Origin: Laetmonice hystrix
Taxonomy: Eukaryota
Direction: 5' to 3'
NCBI GenBank assembly: GCA_965235115.1
Contig: OZ249436.1
Coordinates: 25,298,001 to 25,362,000 of the forward strand
DNA: 64,000 nucleotides
In this document: one piece after another, positions 26,891 to 41,100 of the stretch
Numbering within the stretch: the first letter of the stretch is position 1
How the letters are laid out: every line of letters starts with the position of its first letter
Position numbers and translations under genes: made by a program
The notes under the pieces: generated by a model
Told to the model about the DNA's origin: nothing
The model's database searches: none
What the model saw: the letters and a program-made list of their open reading frames with translations, nothing else

Positions 26891-27186
26891 AGTTGATTAT
26901 TTTCAGTTAACGTGCTGGGGGGGGGAGCATTAGGTTTGACATTCGATTTTCCAGCTTGCATTGACTGAATTTGCCTTGTGGCGGATTATTGGCACAGTGA
27001 GGATCGGTCGAAGCCTGTATTTGAGTGGATGTCGCTCGGTGGGTATAGTGGTTTGGAAAGCGTGTCGGGGTGGACACACACTTTTACGCACTTTGAAAAA
27101 TTTTACAAGGCGCGTTGAGCTGGTTACAAATGTTAACGCATATTGAAAAAGATTGCAAAGACCAGAGTGGGTTGCTGCGGCGCAGC
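26891..27186 (-). repeat. Inverted monomer fragment 2 (same sequence and junctions as fragment 1, 2,215 bp downstream)
   Basis: Junctions TTGCAACA|AGTTGATT and GGCGCAGC|ACTAATAA are identical to those of fragment 1. The ORF lies on the + strand at 26961-27146. Confidence 0.98.
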
Positions 27187-30100
27187 ACTAATAATCGATT
27201 CCAAGCCTAATTAGGCCATTGCTAGTTGGATAACCAAATCTCATACAAAATACACCCTCCCGGCAGATGACCTGAGAATATTCAACTCTTATGTCCGATA
27301 TATCCCTGTCCGCTTAGTAGCACCCAGCCGGGCCCCCATTTTGACATTGCAACACCAATACAGCAAGTGACCAGCTAACAGCACAAATAACAGGATTCAG
27401 GGCTTCCTACCACGTTACAAGTCACAATAGATTGCTGCCTGTCGTAAAAATATACCAGACCATTTTAAAAAGTCACAGGACCCAAATCCGGCCCTAATAT
27501 GTCACTCCCAGTACGAATACACGCTGGAAGCACCATCAACTGAAATTCAGGCCTAGAACCCACCTCTCTCTACCAATATCATGCACCTAGTCCGTATACG
27601 AGGTTGTAATTTACTTTAATCAACGGGCTGCGCCGCAGCAACCCACTCTGGTCTTTGCAATCTTTTTCAATATGCGTTAACATTTGTAACCAGCTCAACG
27701 CGCCTTGTAAAATTTTTCAAAGTGCGTAAAAGTGTGTGTCCACCCCGACACGCTTTCCAAACCACTATACCCACCGAGCGACATCCACTCAAATACAGGC
27801 TTCGACCGATCCTCACTGTGCCAATAATCCGCCACAAGGCAAATTCAGTCAATGCAAGCTGGAAAATCGAATGTCAAACCTAATGCTCCCCCCCAGCACG
27901 TTAACTGAAAATAATCAACTAGCTTGAAAACTAGAATATAGCTTTGTTAAGCTAACAATCTACTCTCCCAGCGCCATCAACTCGCATACAGGCGTAAAAG
28001 CAAACGCACTGCCCCATATAATGCTCCCAGCCTAAAACGATGTTGCAATTAATTTAAAATTAACAAGATGCACTAGTAATCCGATCCAAGCCTAATTACG
28101 TCATTGCTAGTTTCATAACCAAATCTTACAGAAAATACCCCACCCGCGCACATAACCTGAAAATATTCAACTTTTATCTCCAATGTATCCCTGTGCACCT
28201 AGTAGCACCCAAGCGGGCCCAATTTTGACATTCCAACACAAATACCGCAAATACCCGCCTAATGGCACAAAAAACTTTCTACCCCGTTGCAAGTCACATT
28301 AGCTTGCTGCTTGTCGTAAAAAATGGTGCAGACCATTTCTAAAGTCACAGTACCCCACTCCCGGCCTAATATTACGTTTCAGTATCCATATACGCTGCAA
28401 GCGGCAGGAACTCGAATACAGGCCTAAAAGTAACCCCAGTCTAGCAATATCATACTCTCATGCCATATACGAGCTTGTAATTATCTTTAATTAATGGGCT
28501 CCGCAGCACCAACCCACTGCATTAACATTTGTTTAACAGCTTAACGCACCTTGTAAAAAATTTTCAAGTGCGTAAAAATGCGTGTCCACCTCCACATACT
28601 TTAAAAATCACTATACCCACCCAGCGACATTCACTCTAATACACGCCTAAGAGGAACTTCACTGTCCCATTTGATTCTCCAGCACGTATAGGATGTTTCA
28701 AGTAACATTTATCCACGGTCTGGCCCAATAACGTGCAACAAGGCATAGTAAGTCAATGCGACCTCGCATGTCAAACCTAACCCGCCCCCCAGCACATGAG
28801 CTGGAGATATTCAAATAGCTTGAAAACTAGAATATAGCTTTGCTTAATACCATTATACCATCAACTCGCATTACAGGCCTAATGCGAAGCTCCCAGCCTA
28901 AAACGAGTTTCCAATTAATTTAAAGTTAACAAGATGCACTAATAATCGATTCCAAGCCTAATTAGGCCATTGCTAGTTGGATAACCAAATCTCATACAAA
29001 ATACACCCTCCCGGCAGATGACCTGAGAATATTCAACTCTTATGTCCGATATATCCCTGTCCGCTTAGTAGCACCCAGCCGGGCCCCCATTTTGACATTG
29101 CAACACCAATACAGCAAGTGCCCAGCTAACAGCACAAATAACAGGATTCAGGGCTTCCTACCACGTTACAAGTCACAATAGATTGCTGCCTGTCGTAAAA
29201 ATATACCAGACCATTTTAAAAAGTCACAGAACCCTAATCCGGCCCTAATATGTCACTCCCAGTACCAATACACTCTGGAAGCACCATCAACTGAAATTCA
29301 GGCCTAGAACCAAACCTCTCTCTACCAATATCATGCACCTAGTCCGTATACGAGGTTGTAATTTACTTTAATCAACGGGCTGCGCCGCAGCAACCCACTC
29401 TGGTCTTTGCAATCTTTTTCAATATGCGTTAACATTTGTAACCAGCTCAACGCGCCTTGTAAAATTTTTCAAAGTGCGTAAAAGTGTGTGTCCACCCCGA
29501 CACGCTTTCCAAACCACTATACCCACCGAGCGACATCCACTCAAATACAGGCTTCGACCGATCCTCACTGTGCCAATAATCCGCCACAAGGCAAATTCAG
29601 TCAATGCAAGCTGGAAAATCGAATGTCAAACCTAATACTCCCCCCCCAGCACGTTAACTGAAAATAATCAACTAGCTTGAAAACTAGAATATAGCTTTGT
29701 TTAGCTAACAATCTACTCTCCCAGCGCCATCAACTCGCATACAGGCGTAAAAGCAAACGCACTGCCCCATATAATGCTCCCAGCCTAAAACGATGTTGCA
29801 ATTAATTTAAAATTAACAAGATGCACTAGTAATCCGATCCAAGCTTAATTACGTCATTGCTAGTTTCATAACCAAATCTCACAGAAAATACCCCACCCGG
29901 GCACATAACCTGAAAATATTCAACTTTTATCTCCAATGTATCCCTGTGCACCTAGTAGCACCCAAGCGGGCCCAATTTTGACATCCCAACACAAATACCG
30001 CAAATACCCGCCTAATGGCACAAAAAACTTTCTACCCCTTTGCAAGTCACATTAGCGTGCTGCTTGTCGTAAAAAATGGTGCAGACCATTTCTAAAGTCA

Positions 30101-32140
30101 CAGTACCCCACTCCCGGCCTAATATTACGTTTCAGTATCCATATACGCTGCAAGCGGCAGGAACTCGAATACAGGCCTAAAAGTAACCCCAGTCTAGCAA
30201 TATCATACTCTCATGCCATATACGAGCTTGTAATTATCTTTAATTAATGGGCTCCGCAGCACCAACCCACTGCATTAACATTTGTTTAACAGCTTAACGC
30301 ACCTTGTAAAAAATTTTCAAGTGCGTAAAAATGCGTGTCCACCTCCACATACTTTAAAAATCACCATACCCACCCAGCGACATTCACTCTAATACACGCC
30401 TAAGAGGAACTTCACTGTCCCATTTGATTCTCCAGCACGTATAGGATGTTTTAAGTAACATTCATCCACGGTCTGGCCCAATAACGTGCAACAAGGCATA
30501 GTAAGTCAATGCGACCTCGCATGTCAAACCTAACCCGCCCCCCAGCACATGAGCTGAAAATATTCAAATAGCGTGAAAACTAGAATATAGCTTTGCTTAA
30601 TACCATTATACCATCAACTCGCATTACAGGCCTAATGCGAAGCTCCCAGCCTAAAACGAGTTTCCAATTAATTTAAAGTTAACAAGATGCACTAATAATC
30701 GATTCCAAGCCTAATTAGGCCATTGCTAGTTGGATAACCAAATCTCATACAAAATACACCCTCCCGGCAGATGACCTGAGAATATTCAACTCTTATGTCC
30801 GATATATCCCTGTCCGCTTTGTAGCACCCAGCCGGGCCCCCATTTTGACATTGCAACACCAATACAGCAAGTGCCCAGCTAACAGCACAAATAACAGGAT
30901 TCAGGGCTTCCTACCACGTTACAAGTCACAATAGATTGCTGCCTGTCGTAAAAATATACCAGACCATTTTAAAAAGTCACAGAACCCCAATCCGGCCCTA
31001 ATATGTCACTCCCAGTACCAATACACTCTGTAAGCACCATCAACTGAAATTCAGGCCTAGAACCCACCTCTCTCTACCAATATCATGCACCTAGTCCGTA
31101 TACGAGGTTGTAATTTCCTTTAATCAACGGGCTGCGCCGCAGCAACCCACTCTGGACTTTGCAATCTTTTTCAATATGCGTTAACATTTGTGACCAGCTC
31201 AACGCGCCTTGTAAAATTTTTCAAAGTGCGTAAAAGTGTGTGTCCACCCCGACACGCTTTCCAAACCACTATACCCACCGAGCGACATCCACTCAAATAC
31301 AGGCTTCGACCGATCCTCACTGTGCCAATAATCCGCCACAAGGCAAATTCAGTCAATGCAAGCTGGAAAATCGAATGTCAAACCTAATGCTCCCCCCCCC
31401 CAAGCACGTTAACTGAAAATAATCAACTAGCTTGAAAACTAGAATATAGCTTTGTTTAGCTAACAATCTACTCTCCCAGCGCCATCAACTCGCATACAGG
31501 CGTAAAAGCAAACGCACTGCCCCATATAATGCTCCCAGCCTAAAACGATGTTGCAATTAATTTAAAATTAACAAGATGCACTAGTAATCCGATCCAAGCC
31601 TAATTACGTCATTGCTAGTTTCATAACCAAATCTCACAGAAAATACCCCACCCGCGCACATAACCTGAAAATATTCAACTTTTATCTCCAATGTATCCCT
31701 GTGCACCTAGTAGCACCCAAGCGGGCCCAATTTTGACATTCCAACACAAATACCGCAAATACCCGCCTAATGGCACAAAAAACTTTCTACCCCGTTGCAA
31801 GTCACATTAGCTTGCTGCTTGTCGTAAAAAATGGTGCAGACCATTTCTAAAGTCACAGTACCCCACTCCCGGCCTAATATTACGTTTCAGTATCCATATA
31901 CGCTGCAAGCGGCAGGAACTCGAATACAGGCCTAAAAGTAACCCCAGTCTAGCAATATCATACTCTCATGCCATATACGAGCTTGTAATTATCTTTAATT
32001 AATGGGCTCCGCAGCACCAACCCACTGCATTAACATTTGTTTAACAGCTTAACGCACCTTGTAAAAAATTTTCAAGTGCGTAAAAATGCGTGTCCACCTC
32101 CACATACTTTAAAAATCACTATACCCACCCAGCGACATTC

Positions 32141-35100
32141 TCTCTAATACACGCCTAAGAGGAACTTCACTGTCCCATTTGATTCTCCAGCACGTATAGG
32201 ATGTTTCAAGTAACATTCATCCACGGTCTGGCCCAATAACGTGCAACAAGGCATAGTAAGTCAATGCGAGCTCGCATGTCAAACCTAACCCGCCCCCCCA
32301 GCACATGAGCTGAAAATATTCAAATAGCTTGAAAACTAGAATATAGCTTTGCTTAATACCATTATACCATCAACTCGCATTACAGGCCTAATGCGAAGCT
32401 CCCAGCCTAAAACGAGTTTCCAATTAATTTAAAGTTAACAAGATGCACTAATAATCGATTCCAAGCCTAATTAGGCCATTGCTAGTTGGAAAACCAAATC
32501 TCATACAAAATACACCCTCCCGGCAGATGACCTGAGAATATTCAACTCTTATGTCCGATATATCCCTGTCCGCTTAGTAGCACCCAGCCGGGCCCCCATT
32601 TTGACATTGCAACACCAATACAGCAAGTGCCCAGCTAACAGCACAAATAACAGGATTCAGGGCTTCCTACCACGTTACAAGTCACAATAGATTGCTGCCT
32701 GTCGTAAAAATATACCAGACCATTTTAAAAAGTCACAGAACCCCAATCCGGCCCTAATATGTCACTCCCAGTACCAATACACTCTGTAAGCACCATCAAC
32801 TGAAATTCAATCCTAGAACCCACCTCTCTCTACCAATATCATGCACCTAGTCCGTATACGAGGTTGTAATTTCCTTTAATCAACGGGCTGCGCCGCAGCA
32901 ACCCACTCTGGTCTTTGCAATCTTTTTCAATATGCGTTAACATTTGTGACCAGCTCAACGCGCCTTGTAAAATTTTTCAAAGTGCGTAAAAGTGTGTGTC
33001 CACCCCGACACGCTTTCCAAACCACTATACCCACCGAGCGACATCCACTCAAATACAGGCTTCGACCGATCCTCACTGTGCCAATAATCCGCCACAAGGC
33101 AAATTCAGTCAATGCAAGCTGGAAAATCGAATGTCAAACCTAATGCTCCCCCCCCCCAGCACGTTAACTGAAAATAATCAACTAGCTTGAAAACTAGAAT
33201 ATAGCTTTGTTTAGCTAACAATCTACTCTCCCAGCGCCATCAACTCGCATACAGGCGTAAAAGCAAACGCACTGCCCCATATAATGCTCCCAGCCTAAAA
33301 CGATGTTGCAATTAATTTAAAATTAACAAGATGCACTAGTAATCCGATCCAAGCCTAATTACGTCATTGCTAGTTTCATAACCAAATCTCACAGAAAATA
33401 CCCCACCCGCGCACATAACCTGAAAATATTCAACTTTTATCTCCAATGTATCCCTGTGCACCTAGTAGCACCCAAGCGGGCCCAATTTTGACATTCCAAC
33501 ACAAATACCGCAAATACCCGCCTAATGGCACAAAAAACTTTCTACCCCGTTGCAAGTCACATTAGCTTGCTGCTTGTCGTAAAAAATGGTGCAGACCATT
33601 TCTAAAGTCACAGTACCCCACTCCCGGCCTAATATTACGTTTCAGTATCCATATACGCTGCAAGCGGCAAGAACTCGAATACAGGCCTAAAAGTAACCCC
33701 AGTCTAGCAATATCATACTCTCATGCCATATACGAGCTTGTAATTATCTTTAATTAATGGGCTCCGCAGCACCAACCCACTGCATTAACATTTGTTTAAC
33801 AGCTTAACGCACCTTGTAAAAAATTTTCAAGTGCGTAAAAATGCGTGTCCACCTCCACATACTTTAAAAATCACTATACCCACCCAGCGACATTCACTCT
33901 AATACACGCCTAAGAGGAACTTCACTGTCCCATTTGATTCTCCAGCACGTATAGGATGTTTCAAGTAACATTCATCCACGGTCTGGCCCAATAACGTGCA
34001 ACAAGGCATAGTAAGTCAATGCGAGCTCGCATGTCAAACCTAACCCGCCCCCCAGCACATGAGCTGAAAATATTCAAATAGCTTGAAAACTAGAATATAG
34101 CTTTGCTTAATACCATTATACCATCAACTCGCATTACAGGCCTAATGCGAAGCTCCCAGCCTAAAACGAGTTTCCAATTAATTTAAAGTTAACAAGATGC
34201 ACTAATAATCGATTCCAAGCCTAATTAGGCCATTGCTAGTTGGATAACCAAATCTCATACAAAATACACCCTCCCGGCAGATGACCTGAGAATATTCAAC
34301 TCTTATGTCCGATATATCCCTGTCCGCTTAGTAGCACCCAGCCGGGCCCCCATTTTTACATTGCAACACCAATACAGCAAGTGCCCAGCTAACAGCACAA
34401 ATAACAGGATTCAGGGCTTCCTACCACGTTACAAGTCACAATAGATTGCTGCCTGTCGTAAAAATATACCAGACCATTTTAAAAAGTCACAGAACCCTAA
34501 TCCGGCCCTAATATGTCACTCCCAGTACCAATACACTCTGGAAGCACCATTAACCGAAATTCAGGCCTAGAACCAAACCTCTCTCTACCAATATCATGCA
34601 CCTAGTCCGTATACGAGGTTGTAATTTACTTTAATCAACGGGCTGCGCCGCAGCAACCCACTCTGGACTTTGCAATCTTTTTCAATATGCGTTAACATTT
34701 GTGACCAGCTCAACGCGCCTTGTAAAATTTTTCAAAGTGCGTAAAAGTGTGTGTCCACCCCGACACGCTTTCCAAACCACTATACCCACCGAGCGACATC
34801 CACTCAAATACAGGCTTCGACCGATCCTCACTGTGCCAATAATCCGCCACAAGGCAAATTCAGTCAATGCAAGCTGGAAAATCGAATGTCAAACCTAATG
34901 CTCCCCCCCCCCAGCACGTTAACTGAAAATAATCAACTAGCTTGAAAACTAGAATATAGCTTTGTTTAGCTAACAATCTACTCTCCCAGCGCCATCAACT
35001 CGCATACAGGCGTAAAAGCAAACGCACTGCCCCATATAATGCTCCCAGCCTAAAACGATGTTGCAATTAATTTAAAATTAACAAGATGCACTAGTAATCC

Positions 35101-38100
35101 GATCCAAGCCTAATTACGTCATTGCTAGTTTCATAACCAAATCTCACAGAAAATACCCCACCCGCGCACATAACCTGAAAATATTCAACTTTTATCTCCA
35201 ATGTATCCCTGTGCACCTAGTAGCACCCAAGCGGGCCCAATTTTGACATTCCAACACAAATACCGCAAATACCCGCCTAATGGCACAAAAAACTTTCTAC
35301 CCCGTTGCAAGTCACATTAGCTTGCTGCTTGTCGTAAAAAATGGTGCAGACCATTTCTAAAGTCACAGTACCCCACTCCCGGCCTAATATTACGTTTCAG
35401 TATCCATATACGCTGCAAGCGGCAGGAACTCGAATACAGGCCTAAAAGTAACCCCAGTCTAGCAATATCATACTCTCATGCCATATACGAGCTTGTAATT
35501 ATCTTTAATTAATGGGCTCCGCAGCACCAACCCACTGCATTAACATTTGTTTAACAGCTTAACGCACCTTGTAAAAAATTTTCAAGTGCGTAAAAATGCG
35601 TGTCCACCTCCACATACTTTAAAAATCACTATACCCACCCAGCGACATTCACTCTAATACACGCCTAAGAGGAACTTCACTGTCCCATTTGATTCTCCAG
35701 CACGTATAGGATGTTTCAAGTAACATTCATCCACGGTCTGGCCCAATAACGTGCAACAAGGCAGAGTAAGTCAATGCGAGCTCGCATGTCAAACCTAACC
35801 CGCCCCCCCAGCACATGAGCTGAAAATATTCAAATAGCTTGAAAACTAGAATATAGCTTTGCTTAATACCATTATACCATCAACTCGCATTACAGGCCTA
35901 ATGCGAAGCTCCCAGCCTAAAACGAGTTTCCAATTAATTTAAAGTTAACAAGATGCACTAATAATCGATTCCAAGCCTAATTAGGCCATTGCTAGTTGGA
36001 AAACCAAATCTCATACAAAATACACCCTCCCGGCAGATGACCTGAGAATATTCAACTCTTATGTCCGATATATCCCTGTCCGCTTTGTAGCACCCAGCCG
36101 GGCCCCCATTTTGACATTGCAACACCAATACAGCAAGTGCCCAGCTAACAGCACAAATAACAGGATTCAGGGCTTCCTACCACGTTACAAGTCACAATAG
36201 ATTGCTGCCTGTCGTAAAAATATACCAGACCATTTTAAAAAGTCACAGAACCCCAATCCGGCCCTAATATGTCACTCCCAGTACCAATACACTCTGTAAG
36301 CACCATCAACTGAAATTCAATCCTAGAACCCACCTCTCTCTACCAATATCATGCACCTAGTCCGTATACGAGGTTGTAATTTCCTTTAATCAACGGGCTG
36401 CGCCGCAGCAACCCACTCTGGTCTTTGCAATCTTTTTCAATATGCGTTAACATTTGTGACCAGCTCAACGCGCCTTGTAAAATTTTTCAAAGTGCGTAAA
36501 AGTGTGTGTCCACCCCGACACGCTTTCCAAACCACTATACCCACCGAGCGACATCCACTCAAATACAGGCTTCGACCGATCCTCACTGTGCCAATAATCC
36601 GCCACAAGGCAAATTCAGTCAATGCAAGCTGGAAAATCGAATGTCAAACCTAATGCTCCCCCCCCCAGCACGTTAACTGAAAATAATCAACTAGCTTGAA
36701 AACTAGAATATAGCTTTGTTTAGCTAACAATCTACTCTCCCAGCGCCATCAACTCGCATACAGGCGTAAAAGCAAACGCACTGCCCCATATAATGCTCCC
36801 AGCCTAAAACGATGTTGCAATTAATTTAAAATTAACAAGATGCACTAGTAATCCGATCCAAGCCTAATTACGTCATTGCTAGTTTCATAACCAAATCTCA
36901 CAGAAAATACCCCACCCGCGCACATAACCTGAAAATATTCAACTTTTATCTCCAATGTATCCCTGTGCACCTAGTAGCACCCAAGCGGGCCCAATTTTGA
37001 CATTCCAACACAAATACCGCAAATACCCGCCTAATGGCACAAACAACTTTCTACCCCGTTGCAAGTCACATTAGCTTGCTGCTTGTCGTAAAAAATGGTG
37101 CAGACCATTTCTAAAGTCACAGTACCCCACTCCCGGCCTAATATTACGTTTCAGTGTCCATATACGCTGCAAGCGGCAAGAACTCGAATACAGGCCTAAA
37201 AGTAACCCCAGTCTAGCAATATCATACTCTCATGCCATATACGAGCTTGTAATTATCTTTAATTAATGGGCTCCGCAGCACCAACCCACTGCATTAACAT
37301 TTGTTTAACAGCTTAACGCACCTTGTAAAAAATTTTCAAGTGCGTAAAAATGCGTGTCCACCTCCACATACTTTAAAAATCACTATACCCACCCAGCGAC
37401 ATTCACTCTAATACACGCCTAAGAGGAACTTCACTGTCCCATTTGATTCTCCAGCACGTATAGGATGTTTCAAGTAACATTCATCCACGGTCTGGCCCAA
37501 TAACGTGCAACAAGGCATAGTAAGTCAATGCGAGCTCGCATGTCAAACCTAACCCGCCCCCCAGCACATGAGCTGAAAATATTCAAATAGCTTGAAAACT
37601 AGAATATAGCTTTGCTTAATACCATTATACCATCAACTCGCATTACAGGCCTAATGCGAAGCTCCCAGCCTAAAACGAGTTTCCAATTAATTTAAAGTTA
37701 ACAAGATGCACTAATAATCGATTCCAAGCCTAATTAGGCCATTGCTAGTTGGATAACCAAATCTCATACAAAATACACCCTCCCGGCAGATGACCTGAGA
37801 ATATTCAACTCTTATGTCCGATATATCCCTGTCCGCTTAGTAGCACCCAGCCGGGCCCCCATTTTGACATTGCAACACCAATACAGCAAGTGCCCAGCTA
37901 ACAGCACAAATAACAGGATTCAGGGCTTCCTACCACGTTACAAGTCACAATAGATTGCTGCCTGTCGTAAAAATATACCAGACCATTTTAAAAAGTCACA
38001 GAACCCTAATCCGGCCCTAATATGTCACTCCCAGTACCAATACACTCTGGAAGCACCATCAACTGAAATTCAGGCCTAGAACCAAACCTCTCTCTACCAA

Positions 38101-41100
38101 TATCATGCACCTAGTCCGTATACGAGGTTGTAATTTACTTTAATCAACGGGCTGCGCCGCAGCAACCCACTCTGGTCTTTGCAATCTTTTTCAATATGCG
38201 TTAACATTTGTAACCAGCTCAACGCGCCTTGTAAAATTTTTCAAAGTGCGTAAAAGTGTGTGTCCACCCCGACACGCTTTCCAAACCACTATACCCACCG
38301 AGCGACATCCACTCAAATACAGGCTTCGACCGATCCTCACTGTGCCAATAATCCGCCACAAGGCAAATTCAGTCAATGCAAGCTGGAAAATCGAATGTCA
38401 AACCTAATACTCCCCCCCCAGCACGTTAACTGAAAATAATCAACTAGCTTGAAAACTAGAATATAGCTTTGTTTAGCTAACAATCTACTCTCCCAGCGCC
38501 ATCAACTCGCATACAGGCGTAAAAGCAAACGCACTGCCCCATATAATGCTCCCAGCCTAAAACGATGTTGCAATTAATTTAAAATTAACAAGATGCACTA
38601 GTAATCCGATCCAAGCCTAATTACGTCATTGCTAGTTTCATAACCAAATCTCACAGAAAATACCCCACCCGCGCACATAACCTGAAAATATTCAACTTTT
38701 ATCTCCAATGTATCCCTGTGCACCTAGTAGCACCCAAGCGGGCCCAATTTTGACATTCCAACACAAATACCGCAAATACCCGCCTAATGGCACAAAAAAC
38801 TTTCTACCCCGTTGCAAGTCACATTAGCTTGCTGCTTGTCGTAAAAAATGGTGCAGACCATTTCTAAAGTCACAGTACCCCACTCCCGGCCTAATATTAC
38901 GTTTCAGTATCCATATACGCTGCAAGCGGCAGGAACTCGAATACAGGCCTAAAAGTAACCCCAGTCTAGCAATATCATACTCTCATGCCATATACGAGCT
39001 TGTAATTATCTTTAATTAATGGGCTCCGCAGCACCAACCCACTGCATTAACATTTGTTTAACAGCTTAACGCACCTTGTAAAAAATTTTCAAGTGCGTAA
39101 AAATGCGTGTCCACCTCCACATACTTTAAAAATCACTATACCCACCCAGCGACATTCACTCTAATACACGCCTAAGAGGAACTTCACTGTCCCATTTGAT
39201 TCTCCAGCACGTATAGGATGTTTCAAGTAACATTCATCCACGGTCTGGCCCAATAACGTGCAACAAGGCATAGTAAGTCAATGCGAGCTCGCATGTCAAA
39301 CCTAACCCGCCCCCCAGCACATGAGCTGAAAATATTCAAATAGCTTGAAAACTAGAATATAGCTTTGCTTAATACCATTATACCATCAACTCGCATTACA
39401 GGCCTAATGCGAAGCTCCCAGCCTAAAACGAGTTTCCAATTAATTTAAAGTTAACAAGATGCACTAATAATCGATTCCAAGCCTAATTAGGCCATTGCTA
39501 GTTGGATAACCAAATCTCATACAAAATACACCCTCCCGGCAGATGACCTGAGAATATTCAACTCTTATGTCCGATATATCCCTGTCCGCTTAGTAGCACC
39601 CAGCCGGGCCCCCATTTTGACATTGCAACACCAATACAGCAAGTGCCCAGCTAACAGCACAAATAACAGGATTCAGGGCTTCCTACCACGTTACAAGTCA
39701 CAATAGATTGCTGCCTGTCGTAAAAATATACCAGACCATTTTAAAAAGTCACAGAACCCTAATCCGGCCCTAATATGTCACTCCCAGTACCAATACACTC
39801 TGGAAGCACCATCAACTGAAATTCAGGCCTAGAACCAAACCTCTCTCTACCAATATCATGCACCTAGTCCGTATACGAGGTTGTAATTTACTTTAATCAA
39901 CGGGCTGCGCCGCAGCAACCCACTCTGGTCTTTGCAATCTTTTTCAATATGCGTTAACATTTGTAACCAGCTCAACGCGCCTTGTAAAATTTTTCAAAGT
40001 GCGTAAAAGTGTGTGTCCACCCCGACACGCTTTCCAAACCACTATACCCACCGAGCGACATCCACTCAAATACAGGCTTCGACCGATCCTCACTGTGCCA
40101 ATAATCCGCCACAAGGCAAATTCAGTCAATGCAAGCTGGAAAATCGAATGTCAAACCTAATACTCCCCCCCCAGCACGTTAACTGAAAATAATCAACTAG
40201 CTTGAAAACTAGAATATAGCTTTGTTTAGCTAACAATCTACTCTCCCAGCGCCATCAACTCGCATACAGGCGTAAAAGCAAACGCACTGCCCCATATAAT
40301 GCTCCCAGCCTAAAACGATGTTGCAATTAATTTAAAATTAACAAGATGCACTAGTAATCCGATCCAAGCCTAATTACGTCATTGCTAGTTTCATAACCAA
40401 ATCTCACAGAAAATACCCCACCCGCGCACATAACCTGAAAATATTCAACTTTTATCTCCAATGTATCCCTGTGCACCTAGTAGCACCCAAGCGGGCCCAA
40501 TTTTGACATTCCAACACAAATACCGCAAATACCCGCCTAATGGCACAAAAAACTTTCTACCCCGTTGCAAGTCACATTAGCTTGCTGCTTGTCGTAAAAA
40601 ATGGTGCAGACCATTTCTAAAGTCACAGTACCCCACTCCCGGCCTAATATTACGTTTCAGTATCCATATACGCTGCAAGCGGCAGGAACTCGAATACAGG
40701 CCTAAAAGTAACCCCAGTCTAGCAATATCATACTCTCATGCCATATACGAGCTTGTAATTATCTTTAATTAATGGGCTCCGCAGCACCAACCCACTGCAT
40801 TAACATTTGTTTAACAGCTTAACGCACCTTGTAAAAAATTTTCAAGTGCGTAAAAATGCGTGTCCACCTCCACATACTTTAAAAATCACTATACCCACCC
40901 AGCGACATTCTCTCTAATACACGCCTAAGAGGAACTTCACTGTCCCATTTGATTCTCCAGCACGTATAGGATGTTTCAAGTAACATTCATCCACGGTCTG
41001 GCCCAATAACGTGCAACAAGGCATAGTAAGTCAATGCGAGCTCGCATGTCAAACCTAACCCGCCCCCCCAGCACATGAGCTGAAAATATTCAAATAGCTT

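Larger units (their letters stand above)
22808..27237. repeat. Two tandem copies of a 2,215-bp variant unit (monomer plus 464 bp of duplicated/inverted material)
   Basis: ORF spacing 23237, 25452, 27667 is 2,215 each. Private variants CTCTATACC, CCAGGCCC and AGTGACC each occur twice, 2,215 bp apart. Confidence 0.95.

Noticed and set aside
24676..27186. Inverted segments as a site-specific invertible element or a transposon with target-site duplication
   Set aside because: There are no terminal inverted repeats or recombinase, and the insert is array-derived. The 170-bp flanking duplication is far longer than a normal target-site duplication.
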